Virus record (IMG/VR): IMGVR_UViG_3300010399_000001
Location: 51,047-115,046 of that record
From: a virus
Length of the DNA stretch: 64,000 bases
Strand: one strand, 5' to 3'
Part shown: piece after piece, positions 45,903-55,148 of the stretch
How positions within the stretch are numbered: the stretch's first letter is position 1
Layout of the letters: every line of letters starts with the position of its first letter
Notes under the pieces: generated by a model
Told to the model about the DNA's origin: nothing
What the model saw: only the letters and a program-made list of their open reading frames with translations
The model's database searches: none
Translations under genes and position numbers: made by a program

Positions 45903-46949
45903 TTACGGGAGATAACGGTAGTCCATCTTCCCGTGCTCGTCCAGTTCGAGCTTGCGGGCTCCGCCGATCGTGATAGACGCATGATGAACGGCATGACCGT
46001 CCTTCAGTAGCTGATCGACGAACTCCTTGAGCCGCACCTCTGCGTCATAGTCCATGCCGTTGTCATGAACTCCGTGGCCGTCGATTGAAATGTGCCAGTT
46101 GCCCATAGTTCTTCACTCTCTCATTGAAGTCCAGCCAGTCCTGGATGCACTCCTGGACCTGATCTAGTCTGATTCCGGTGGCCAGTCTCCTCTTATCCGA
46201 GGTTTCCAGCCAGCACAGCACGCCATGAGTGGGATCGGTGTACTCGTGAATGGTCACGCCGTTCGCTTCGGCGAACCGCCTGATCTCGCCCTCGTCTATC
46301 ACAGATAGAACCCGATGTGCCGCTCGGGCTGTGGATGGTCTAGCTGAGTGTCGATGGTGACAATCACGCGCTCGCTGATAAGACGATCATCCTTGTCGTA
46401 CTGGCGGTTGATCGTCTCATACTTGACCGCGCCGCCCGGAGGCTCTTTCTCGTTGTTCATTGCGCACCCGATCGTCGCATACCTTGTGACATGGCTGATT
46501 GGTCGCCGGATGCCGCATCGATGCCTGGCCGCCGCAGTGCATGCACGGCCCCATCCAGCCGACGCGGGATGTCGGCGCGTGAGACCAGTCCAGCGCCCCC
46601 CATGAGGTGAGCGCTGGACCCTCTATGCGCCGATAGGTCATTACATCGTCAGCTGGTAGGTGACCCCAGCGCTCAGGGGTGCGTTATTGGAGACGTTCCA
46701 AGTCACTACCGGCTGGCCGATCCAGTGCAGACCGCCAGGGCAGTACGGGGGTGGAACGTTGATCGCGGGCTGCCCGGTCTCCGGATCGCCATAGAGCCTG
46801 GTGATCTCGAAGATGCCATCAGCCAGAGAGGGCCACTCATTCAGGCGCTCCACCGCAGCTTCGGCGTCCATCTCATAGCTGTAGGGGCCGAAGACCTGAA
46901 GCAACTTGGTGTGCTTGGCGTTCCAGAACAGAACCGCATACTTGGTCAC
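45903..46949 (-). other. Small hypothetical ORFs (45903-46106, 46063-46302, 46299-46460, 46417-46641, 46641-46949)
   Basis: Coupled short ORFs; 46417-46641 has C..C and CH..C. Confidence 0.5.
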
Positions 46950-46967
46950 GTTGATCCTCTGCTTATC

Positions 46968-47043
46968 GGTGGCGGGGGCGGGATTTGAACCCGCGACTTG
47001 CGGGTTATGGGCCCGCCGAGCTACCTAGCTGCTCCACCCCGCT
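46968..47043 (-). tRNA. tRNA-Met(CAT), initiator-like
   Basis: Cloverleaf; 1:72 mismatch (A:C); three G-C pairs at the base of the anticodon stem; loop CCCAUAA (C33); ends ACC then G. Confidence 0.88.
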
Positions 47044-47244
47044 TTGACCAGGTGGTATTGCCACCCGCATCGTCAGCGCCAGCGTAGCATAGATCTCTTG
47101 GTGATCAACTCTTTCGCCGTTGATGGTGCAGCCGACCCGAAGACTGGTTATCAGGTCTTCAAGCTGAGCGATTCGCCGCTCCAGGAGCCTGATCGCTTCG
47201 GCGTCGTCCATGAGACCACCTTGGGTCGTGGAGGCTTGCCCCTT

Positions 47245-47348
47245 GTGGACCGTCCGGAGTCGAACCGGATACCCGAAGGTGGGGAATCCTAACCCCCTGA
47301 TCCGTTTGATCTTCGAACCTGCGCGCGGTGATCCGGTTCGGCGATCTA
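47245..47348 (-). ncRNA. Aberrant tRNA-like RNA with an expanded D region and a variable arm
   Basis: T arm UCCGG-UUCGACU-CCGGA, variable arm ACC-UUCG-GGU, arm GGGGG-UUAGGAU-UCCCC, acceptor UAGAUCG/CGGUCCA. Confidence 0.5.
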
Positions 47349-47377
47349 GTGCGACTCTAGCGGATGCGAGGGACAGA

Positions 47378-48796
47378 TCACAGCTTCTCGGCGGCGCATT
47401 TCGGGCAGCGCTCGTGCACCTCGCCCATGTACTTGTGGGTGCACTTGTGGCACTCGACGACGCCGTAGGCTCCGAACCAGTCGCCGGAGGACAACGAGTG
47501 CAGCTCGGTGATGGCCCAGACCATAGCGTCCAGGCGGTCGGGAGATCCCGGAACCCCTGGAGCCCAGGTGCACATCTGATCCTCTAGCTCGGTCAGCAGT
47601 CCCACATGATGAACGCGATTCTGCTCGTAGAGCGCGGAGACCGGCTCGGCCCGAAGCGCCTTACCTCGGGTGGCGTGCACCACCTTGTAGGGCACGTTCG
47701 GATCGACCGTGCGCAGCAGGGTGCCGATGTAGTCGCCACCGTTGTTGACCTCACCCACAATGCAGTCTGCCTTGTGGTCATAGAAGGCCCGAACCACCCG
47801 CTCCATCACATTGTGCGGCGATGCCACGCGGGAGTAGTCGGCAAGTACATAGCCGTGGCCACCCTTCTCGCCGACCACCACGATGCCGGACTCATCCGAG
47901 TTCTCATCGGCGGATACGGCCGGGTCGATGGCCACCACGATGCGATCCAGGTCCGGCAGATCCTTGTAGGCCACCCGGTTTCGGTCGATGATGTCGGCGT
48001 TCCATAGCGCGCCCTCGACATCCTCCAGCAGTTCGCCTTCAAGCTCCTGCCGCTCAAGGCGGGTACCCTTGGCGCGGCCGACGACCTCCGCGAAGAAGGC
48101 CTCGGACAGGTTGCTGGCGTTATCCACCGTGCGCAGACGAGCCACTGGAACGTTCGGATCGTCCAGCAGCATCTTGACTAGAGCCTTGGCCTTACGAGAG
48201 GCCTTTGGAGTTCCAGTCACGACGATCTGGGCCTTGCCGAGGCGTACCGCGTAGCCCAGCGACTCCATCCACGCGATCTGCCACTTGTCCCACAGGCCGA
48301 TCTCGTCGGCCCATGCGCCCTTGAGGTTCTTTCCCTGGATGCGCAGGCCTCCGTCATCAGCGGAGGCCACGCGGATCAGATGGCCGCTGTGGAAGCGAAG
48401 CTCACCCCAGGAGCGGTTCCAATGCGAGACCAGAGGGCTCTTGCGCTGCTTGACATCCGCTGCGGTCGTGCCCAGGGCGGCCAGGATGCCGCTCGGGCCC
48501 TCGATGCAGGTTGCCCAGCCGTCCTCGAAGGTGGGTGCGATGACGCCCCACTCACCCGGATCGGGGTCGGACAAGATCCACTCGCACAGGATGTGAGCGC
48601 CGCTCCAGGTCTTGCCGGAGCCTCGGCCACCCCTAAGATACGCCGTCCTCCAGTTCCCCTCCGGGGGTAGCTGGTCCTGGCGGGCCTTCAATCTCCAGTG
48701 GCCGAATCTCAGGGTAGCCAGCAGGCGATCCTGGTCTGCCTTGGACCAGTTGTGAAAAGACTCTGGCAATTTCGGCGCTGGCTGTTGCCGAGTCAA
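47378..48796 (-). CDS. terL: Terminase large subunit
   Basis: GGRGSGKT, WADEI, TGTPK, RQELEGE, IDPA, DESGI, EVNNGG, K..RAEP, SPDRLDA. Confidence 0.96.
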   Translation of the reverse strand: MTRQQPAPKLPESFHNWSKADQDRLLATLRFGHWRLKARQDQLPPEGNWRTAYLRGGRGSGKTWSGAHILCEWILSDPDPGEWGVIAPTFEDGWATCIEGPSGILAALGTTAADVKQRKSPLVSHWNRSWGELRFHSGHLIRVASADDGGLRIQGKNLKGAWADEIGLWDKWQIAWMESLGYAVRLGKAQIVVTGTPKASRKAKALVKMLLDDPNVPVARLRTVDNASNLSEAFFAEVVGRAKGTRLERQELEGELLEDVEGALWNADIIDRNRVAYKDLPDLDRIVVAIDPAVSADENSDESGIVVVGEKGGHGYVLADYSRVASPHNVMERVVRAFYDHKADCIVGEVNNGGDYIGTLLRTVDPNVPYKVVHATRGKALRAEPVSALYEQNRVHHVGLLTELEDQMCTWAPGVPGSPDRLDAMVWAITELHSLSSGDWFGAYGVVECHKCTHKYMGEVHERCPKCAAEKL

Positions 48797-49244
48797 TGGT
48801 CGTCACCTCCACCGCAGAGCGAGTCGGCTGATCTAGGCCAAGCAGCTTTGCCCGACGCTCCTGGATGCGAAGCAGCGAGGAGATGGCCTGGAGAGTGGGC
48901 CCGTCATCGATGAGGACCTCTTTGGTGTCCGGATGGCGGGCCACGTTGCCGGTAGCAGAGACGGCATAGTGAGGCTTGCCCAGAACCTTCCAGGCCACCC
49001 GCTCCATGGCATCGAGCTTCTCAGCCTCAAGGGATCGCAGATCCTCGACCGCAGCGCCCAGTTCGGCGGTGCGATGCTTGAGGGTTCGCTCTATGTCATG
49101 CCTGACCTGACTTACGCTCAGACCGAGCTGCCTGGCGATCTGATCGGGAGTAGCGCCAGAGACTCGCATATTGACGACTCTGGCGCGTCTCTCGGCCATC
49201 ACCGCATCTTTCGCTCCGCGAGCGGGATCACGCGGCCTTGCCAT
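48633..49244 (-). CDS. terS: Terminase small subunit (HTH)
   Basis: R..G.T..QIA.QLG.S; QERRAKLLGLD; immediately upstream of terL. Confidence 0.8.
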   Translation of the reverse strand: MARPRDPARGAKDAVMAERRARVVNMRVSGATPDQIARQLGLSVSQVRHDIERTLKHRTAELGAAVEDLRSLEAEKLDAMERVAWKVLGKPHYAVSATGNVARHPDTKEVLIDDGPTLQAISSLLRIQERRAKLLGLDQPTRSAVEVTTIDSATASAEIARVFSQLVQGRPGSPAGYPEIRPLEIEGPPGPATPGGELEDGVS

Positions 49245-49252
49245 GCGGCTCC

Positions 49253-49474
49253 TTAGTCCTCGGCGACGGAAATCTCGTGGATGGTGAGAACCTCATCGCG
49301 CGCCACGCCAAGAACGATGTGGTGATCTAGAGCCTTGAAGACCACGAATCCCTCAGCCTCCGCAGCGCCGCTCACCGTCGAGGAGCCACCGCACATCCAG
49401 TAGGCGGCGTCTATGGTCAGACAACCGCCACTGCGCATCTTGATCTGGAATTTGCGCATCTTCTTGTCGGCCAT
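49253..49474 (-). CDS. Hypothetical protein
   Basis: AAGGAG RBS. Confidence 0.55.
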   Translation of the reverse strand: MADKKMRKFQIKMRSGGCLTIDAAYWMCGGSSTVSGAAEAEGFVVFKALDHHIVLGVARDEVLTIHEISVAED

Positions 49475-49490
49475 GATCTTCTCCTTGCTG

Positions 49491-49829
49491 TTACTGGGTT
49501 ATCTGGATCTGGCCTACGTTCTCCACGTAGATCTCGGGACTCGCGAGGATCTGTAGCCAGACGTCATAGGTGGTGCCATTGGCGAGCGCGATGGTGCCGC
49601 CGGAGGGACCGACGAGGCATTGCGCCACATAGCCCCCCTGTGCGGTCACCGTCCAGCCGCCGGTCTTCCAATCGGTGTTGAGGGGCGCTGAGTTGCTTAT
49701 CACCGGGATGAAGGCCATGTTGATCGTGAATCCGGTCGGATTCACCTGCACGCCGCCGTTATCCGCATAGACGGGAACGCGCACGTAGGTGGTGGCCTGA
49801 GAGCTGAGCTGAGCTACGCCGCCAGACAT
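49491..49829 (-). CDS. Ig-like virion protein (tailspike adaptor candidate)
   Basis: Beta-rich; LVGP....L..GTTYDVW..I...PE. Confidence 0.55.
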   Translation of the reverse strand: MSGGVAQLSSQATTYVRVPVYADNGGVQVNPTGFTINMAFIPVISNSAPLNTDWKTGGWTVTAQGGYVAQCLVGPSGGTIALANGTTYDVWLQILASPEIYVENVGQIQITQ

Positions 49830-49964
49830 ACCGCCCCTAGTCCGCGATCTCGGGCGCTTGGGTCATCCACTTGATGTAGATCTCACCGAAGCGCGGCATA
49901 TAGGCGAACGGGGCCTGCGCGATCCACTTGATCACCGGAGCGCCGGTTACGAATCTGATTGCCA

Positions 49965-52463
49965 TCAGTCGAGCACCCAAATCGCGGTAGGGAGAACGGC
50001 GCAGTTGACCTTGATGTACTGTCCGGGGCCAACCCGCACCGGGAACGGGGTTGCAATGGTTCCTGCGGCGGTGAAGTCCGCCACGGTACTGACCGCCGGA
50101 ACGCTAGCGCCACCGGCCAGGGCTGATACCTGAATGGTGGTCACCGTGGTGCCACCGGTCAGATAGACCGTCGCAGGCCGCCATAGGTTGTTCATGACGG
50201 CGGTGTTGGCCACCAGGGATGGGGGAGCGCCCGCGACTCCGGGGGAGATCTGCTCCTTGATCACCCGCGCCAGGAAGCCTGTGCCGGTGGTCACCGTGAT
50301 AGCGCTGGGAGAACCGGCGAGGCGTATCTCACCCTGAAGGGTGTTCAGGGATGCACCGTTGCTCGGGTTGTCGCGGAACTGGAGAGTACCCTCGGTGTCC
50401 ATCGTCCAGTGCACGATCGGGCCGATGCCTGCTGCGCCCGAGCCGAACACGTTGATATGGAAGGTGCATGCCTCTACGCATAGCTGGTCGAACCAGGAGG
50501 CATGCAGGGCCGAGACGGCGTTTGCGCCGGAGTCGTTGTAGTTACCGCATGGGCAGATACCGCTCCAGCAGTACAGGATCGTCACATCGTTGCCCACGGT
50601 GTGCTCCGTGGCCACCAGGCCATAGGTGTATCCGCCATTGCAGACGATGTTGTTGAGGTAGTTGCTGGCGTTGTTGCCATTGCTCGGCATCAGCAGGCCG
50701 ATGCTCAGGCCGCCGGAGAGCAGGGTGACGTTGGTGAAGTCCCCGTTGTTGCCGTTGAACAGCTCGATGACACCCGTGGTGCCGTAGGTGAAGTTTCTGG
50801 CATGGAAGCGGGCGACGCCGAACATGTTGGCAGCCGAATAGGTCCATCCCGAGTTGCAGTGCGTGGTCAGGATGGAGATGTCCTGGAAGACCACCATGAC
50901 GTTGTTGTAGAGGGGCGTTGGAGTACCCACTCCATAGCCGAACTTACCGGTGGGGCCGCCGATCACCGAGGCGTTGCCGTTGCCCGAGATGTTGTTGGAC
51001 TGGTTCAGGGCGGTGGTGAACACGCCGAACGAGACGATCGGGGAGCCGCTGAACGCGGGGACGGTGGTGTTCCAGTAGCGAGTCTGGCCACCGTCTCCGG
51101 TGCCACGAAAGACCAGGGTGATGCCCTGGTTGTGCTCCGCATTGACCGGGATGGTCAGCTGGGAGTTGTAGACCGCATTGACGCCATCGGTATTCTTCAG
51201 CGCCCCGCCGACGCCATAGAACAGTCCGACCGGGGCGGGGAAGAACACCTCGGCCAGACCGTGAGCCTGCGCATAGATGGTCGCCGCAGCTATCGCGCTC
51301 TGGATTGCCACCGTGTCATCGGTGGCCCACAGGACCTGAAGGCCGGTAGCGGTTAGAGTCGGAGTCGTATTCCATGTTGCGGTGAACGAGGTGGAGGAGT
51401 TCACCGTAGTGATCGTTCCGACCGAGGTGGTCTGCCCGCTGGTGCTGCGGTCCTGTAGTGCATTCTTGACCATGACGATCTTGCCGACATCCGCCTGCGT
51501 CAGTACAGATTCACTGATGGTCACGGTGGTGGTGCCGTTGGTCGCCCCGGTGTTGCTGATCTTGCCATCAGCCTTGGCTCCGTAGGCCATTACGGTGAAG
51601 CGCCACGCCTCCAGCGGGTGCCCGTGACCGCCATCAGCCGATAGGCCGGTCTGACCGGCATTTCCAACACCCTGTGGCAGCAGATCGGACGCCGTGGAAT
51701 CGAGCCGCAGAGCGCCCTGGACCGCCGTGGTGCCAGTAGGCAGATCTGCGGCGAGGATCGCGCTCAGGGATGCATTGGTGCCGTCGCTGCGCAGATACCT
51801 GCCCGAACTCTGAGCCCCGGTCAGGGCATTGATGGCCGCCTGCTGCGTACCGGCCGAGGTGCCGCCTTGGGCGAACGGCAGGGGACTGGACAGGTGGGTG
51901 GAGATGACCTGCGGAGAAGAGTTGGTGCCACCCAGATCTCCGCCGATCTGCACTGCGCCAGGCGGTACCGCCCAGGTGCCATCAGCCCGCAGGAATGCGG
52001 TGGTGCCACCTGGCGGTAGAGCGATGGTGGTGGTGCCCAGGGCGATACCGGCGCTGAAGGTGTTGAGCTGCGTGAAGACGTTTGCCCCTGCGATCACCGC
52101 ATACGGGCTCACGTTCGGCAGGGGAGTGGTGACCACCAGGGTGCTGAAGTCGACGCTGGAGCCCAGGGTGTGCGGTAGCAGATATGAGCCGGTTATAACG
52201 GTAGGACCGGCCTGGAAGATGATCGTGTAGGTCCAGTTGGACGGTGCGATGTTCGCATTGTCCGTGCACACCAGACCGGAGATCGAGAATGCGCCGTTGA
52301 CCAGGCTCTGAGTGATCGGCTGCGGAGAGATGATCACATGGCCGGTGCTATCGGTGATCGTCGCTGACGGTGTGATGATGATCGTGCCGTTCAGCGCCGC
52401 CCCGGTAGCGCTGACCGCCGTACCTGTCAGAGTAATAGTCGTCAGATCGGCGGGCAGCGCCAC
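49965..52463 (-). CDS. Tailspike / depolymerase-like protein (pectate-lyase-like beta helix)
   Basis: N-terminal virion attachment domain, FLRADGTW, YGAKADG...TDDTVAIQSAI...VFFP; N/G/T-rich repeats. Confidence 0.78.
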   Translation of the reverse strand: MALPADLTTITLTGTAVSATGAALNGTIIITPSATITDSTGHVIISPQPITQSLVNGAFSISGLVCTDNANIAPSNWTYTIIFQAGPTVITGSYLLPHTLGSSVDFSTLVVTTPLPNVSPYAVIAGANVFTQLNTFSAGIALGTTTIALPPGGTTAFLRADGTWAVPPGAVQIGGDLGGTNSSPQVISTHLSSPLPFAQGGTSAGTQQAAINALTGAQSSGRYLRSDGTNASLSAILAADLPTGTTAVQGALRLDSTASDLLPQGVGNAGQTGLSADGGHGHPLEAWRFTVMAYGAKADGKISNTGATNGTTTVTISESVLTQADVGKIVMVKNALQDRSTSGQTTSVGTITTVNSSTSFTATWNTTPTLTATGLQVLWATDDTVAIQSAIAAATIYAQAHGLAEVFFPAPVGLFYGVGGALKNTDGVNAVYNSQLTIPVNAEHNQGITLVFRGTGDGGQTRYWNTTVPAFSGSPIVSFGVFTTALNQSNNISGNGNASVIGGPTGKFGYGVGTPTPLYNNVMVVFQDISILTTHCNSGWTYSAANMFGVARFHARNFTYGTTGVIELFNGNNGDFTNVTLLSGGLSIGLLMPSNGNNASNYLNNIVCNGGYTYGLVATEHTVGNDVTILYCWSGICPCGNYNDSGANAVSALHASWFDQLCVEACTFHINVFGSGAAGIGPIVHWTMDTEGTLQFRDNPSNGASLNTLQGEIRLAGSPSAITVTTGTGFLARVIKEQISPGVAGAPPSLVANTAVMNNLWRPATVYLTGGTTVTTIQVSALAGGASVPAVSTVADFTAAGTIATPFPVRVGPGQYIKVNCAVLPTAIWVLD

Positions 52464-52485
52464 ACAACCACCATGCTTTCCAGGG

Positions 52486-53052
52486 TTAGGTTCTAGTCAG
52501 TCTCGCCATCTCGTAACGGGAGAGATAGCCGCCAAGATCGCGATGCCAGAGCGCATCAGAGAGGGCATTGTGGATGGATGCCGACTTGTTGCGGATCATC
52601 GGTGCCCCGAGGCGCACGCGCTCCTGCTCCAGGTCGAAGGTGGTCATAGGCACCTGATCCGGCAGGTCGGCCATAGTACCGAACAGCTGGGCCAGCACGA
52701 CATGGTCGTAGGCCGGATACCAGGACCACAGCTGCGGGTTCGGGGTCTCCAGGGTGAACTGATAGACCTTCGCGCGGATGGTCTCGCGATTCCATACGCA
52801 CGCACCGTACTCGGCGTCGTCCTCGTCCCACTCGAACCAGCGAGGCATGTCGAACAGCGGCTCGTCGTGGATGATGATCGGTAGGTGCGGTAACACGTTC
52901 TGGCGCAGCCAGTCATGCCGCAGCGCCCGGCCTATCGCACCCTCGCCGTTGATGCAGTACAGCTCGCGGCCATCCTCGGCCACCATCCCGATCGAGATCA
53001 GATCGATGGTGGAGCCGTCCTCGATGAACTCGGTGTCGTAGTAGATGCGCAT
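52486..53052 (-). CDS. DEDDh 3'-5' exo(ribo)nuclease, Rv2179c-like
   Basis: YDTEFIEDG.TIDLISIG, AYDHV.L.QLFG.M..LP, HNALSDA. Confidence 0.88.
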   Translation of the reverse strand: MRIYYDTEFIEDGSTIDLISIGMVAEDGRELYCINGEGAIGRALRHDWLRQNVLPHLPIIIHDEPLFDMPRWFEWDEDDAEYGACVWNRETIRAKVYQFTLETPNPQLWSWYPAYDHVVLAQLFGTMADLPDQVPMTTFDLEQERVRLGAPMIRNKSASIHNALSDALWHRDLGGYLSRYEMARLTRT

Positions 53053-53528
53053 CAGATCTTGGTCTTCGCGGTAGAGAACTGTCGACGCAGCTCGTCGGCG
53101 ACCACACTGATCACCGCATTGCGAAAGTCAATGGTCTTGAGGAGGTTCAGGGTGCCCGGCGGCAGCGAGATCGCATGCTCCCAAGAGGGATCATCCCGAA
53201 TCGCATCGATGGCGGCCCACAGCTCCTCCTCGTTGCGGCGGCGCTCTGCGGGCTCCTCCTGTACCAGGCTCAGCTTGCGGGCTACCTTCATCGACTTTGG
53301 GTCATAGTCGAGATCATCTTCGAACTCGAATCGAGTCGCACCATTGTGGCCGTGGATGGCCACCGCATCCTCAAGCGATGCGTAGACGGCAGTGGAGCGG
53401 TGTTCGCTTCGCCAGCGCAGAACGGTGGTTCCGTCACCGAATACAACGCCATCGGCCACGTGGCCCGCTCCACTGACGCCGCTGACATCAGTATCGCGCA
53501 TCAGCTTGAAAACGCGGGGTGCGGTCAT
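53052..53528 (-). CDS. Conserved actinophage hypothetical protein
   Basis: F.L.RD.DVSGVSG.G.VA.GV.F.DG..V.RW...HGH.G.T. Confidence 0.65.
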   Translation of the reverse strand: MTAPRVFKLMRDTDVSGVSGAGHVADGVVFGDGTTVLRWRSEHRSTAVYASLEDAVAIHGHNGATRFEFEDDLDYDPKSMKVARKLSLVQEEPAERRRNEEELWAAIDAIRDDPSWEHAISLPPGTLNLLKTIDFRNAVISVVADELRRQFSTAKTKI

Positions 53529-54052
53529 GCAATCACCTCGTAGGGGTTCATCCACTTTTGACCGGCAAGGTTTGCGGGGGTGACCTCGCTGGCATCACGC
53601 TTGCCGCACATCCAGTCGTACCCTGCGGCCTTGCCCATCATGGCCACGGCCTGAGAGCAGATCAGCTCGTGATCGCCACTGGCCAGATCTGCCAGATAGC
53701 GCCAATGGACGCCGATGGCCTCCAGGCCGTCATCGACGATGCCAAGGTCGTTATAGGGCACGCCAACCATCGAGTAGGCAGCCTTCACTATGGCGTCCTG
53801 CTGGTCCTTGCCCATCGAGATGCCGGAAGAGATCTTCATCGGCCTACCGGCGTACTGCGAGATGTGGGATCTCTCGACCCCGCCAGGCATGGCCTGCACG
53901 ATCTCCCCATCCATCGAGGTGATCATGAAGGCATGATCGTACCGGCTGTGGGTGCCCAGCTTGATGGCCAGCGGACCGAGGCCGGGGGTGCCGACGCACA
54001 CATAGAAGCCAGGGGTGAAGCCCTGCGCCCCAAGCGAATTGGTGAACTTCAT
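53525..54052 (-). CDS. Permuted papain-like NlpC/P60 (YiiX/YebB-type) hydrolase
   Basis: S.YDHA, G.PY, ICSQ.V, V.P..L. Confidence 0.75.
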   Translation of the reverse strand: MKFTNSLGAQGFTPGFYVCVGTPGLGPLAIKLGTHSRYDHAFMITSMDGEIVQAMPGGVERSHISQYAGRPMKISSGISMGKDQQDAIVKAAYSMVGVPYNDLGIVDDGLEAIGVHWRYLADLASGDHELICSQAVAMMGKAAGYDWMCGKRDASEVTPANLAGQKWMNPYEVIA

Positions 54053-54336
54053 GCGTCGATCCTCTCGAACGCGATGATGTCGTAGTCATCCCAGTACAGC
54101 GGCCTGTAGCGCAAGGCGGCGGGTAGCAGATTCAGGGTCAGCACGCCATCGGTGAACGAGAAAGATCTCGGTGGCGCACTATCCAGCAGCATCGCGGTGA
54201 TATTCAGGTAACGGGGAGCCGGTCCGATCACCCTCATGTCCTGCGGATCGATGGTGATCTCGCCGGTCTCGATCTGCGGACCGTCATACGGCTTACCGCT
54301 GCGCAGGTGCTGACGTACCTGCTGGGCGATCGTCAC
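54049..54336 (-). CDS. Hypothetical protein
   Basis: GTGA coupling. Confidence 0.5.
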   Translation of the reverse strand: MTIAQQVRQHLRSGKPYDGPQIETGEITIDPQDMRVIGPAPRYLNITAMLLDSAPPRSFSFTDGVLTLNLLPAALRYRPLYWDDYDIIAFERIDA

Positions 54337-54566
54337 TCGACGATGATCCAGTCGCTCGCCAGCAGATCGGTCTGCGAGGCCAGCCATGGCACCAGCTTTC
54401 CACCCACCGTGCTCAGGTACAGATAGGGCAGGGTCATCTTGGAGTGCTCATCGGGGACCTGGAGGGCCACCCACATGCCGGTACCGTTCCAGCCCAGGCG
54501 CGCGATGCGCTTGCCATCCTTGACCCAAGCCAGGGCCTGCTCGAACGGGGCGTCGATGTTCACCAT
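54333..54566 (-). CDS. DUF2829 / Thoeris anti-defence 2 (Tad2)-like protein
   Basis: F..AL...K.G.RIAR.GWNG.GMW...PYL......VPW.ASQTD.LA.DW. Confidence 0.85.
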   Translation of the reverse strand: MVNIDAPFEQALAWVKDGKRIARLGWNGTGMWVALQVPDEHSKMTLPYLYLSTVGGKLVPWLASQTDLLASDWIIVE

Positions 54567-54769
54567 CAGTTGCTCTCCACGACCTGCGTAGCGGCGCTCT
54601 CGGCAGCCTTCTCGGCCTCGCTGGCGACCTTCTCGGCCTCAGTCTTGACCTCATCGACCACTGGAGCCTCCTGCTTGGTGAAAGCATGCTCGAATCGCAG
54701 CGCCAGCGACTTCACGTCATCACCGAGACGGTGGATCAGATCGGAAAGCTCATGCAGCGGGTTAGCCAT
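54566..54769 (-). CDS. Small acidic protein
   Basis: Coupled ORF. Confidence 0.55.
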   Translation of the reverse strand: MANPLHELSDLIHRLGDDVKSLALRFEHAFTKQEAPVVDEVKTEAEKVASEAEKAAESAATQVVESN

Positions 54770-54983
54770 GGGTTATCGCCTTTCGGTTGCGCGCGGCGCG
54801 CTTGGCGGCCTGCGCTGTATTGGCCTCGTCTAGTGCGTCTAGCGAGTAGAGGCGGCGTTTGGGGGCCATCGGATCGGGGACGCTGGGTACCCGGTAGAGA
54901 CTCACCCAATAGTGGATCGTACCTGGCGCTACTCGAAACAGCAGGGCTGCCGCTTTGACATCTGCGAACCTCGCCGGAGTCAA
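54762..54983 (-). CDS. MerR/Xis-like HTH protein heading the late operon
   Basis: AAALLFRVAPGTIHYWVS...RRLYSL. Confidence 0.65.
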   Translation of the reverse strand: MTPARFADVKAAALLFRVAPGTIHYWVSLYRVPSVPDPMAPKRRLYSLDALDEANTAQAAKRAARNRKAITHG

Positions 54984-55148
54984 TACGTCCCCCTCTCGAT
55001 CATCGGGGGAGACGTATAAGCCAATACTCGCAGGCTAACGACCATCTTCTTGGTGATCATGATCGCTGTCAAGCCGGTGATGTGCCAGACTCCTTGCTAC
55101 AACGCTCTACAACCGGAGGACTCATTGCAGTCGAACCATGAAGTGATC

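Noticed and set aside
47245-47348. tmRNA or tRNA-Sec
   Set aside because: The 3' end resembles a tRNA-like domain, but there is no GGGG 5' end with a G3:U70 pair, no tag ORF of suitable length, and no UCA anticodon.
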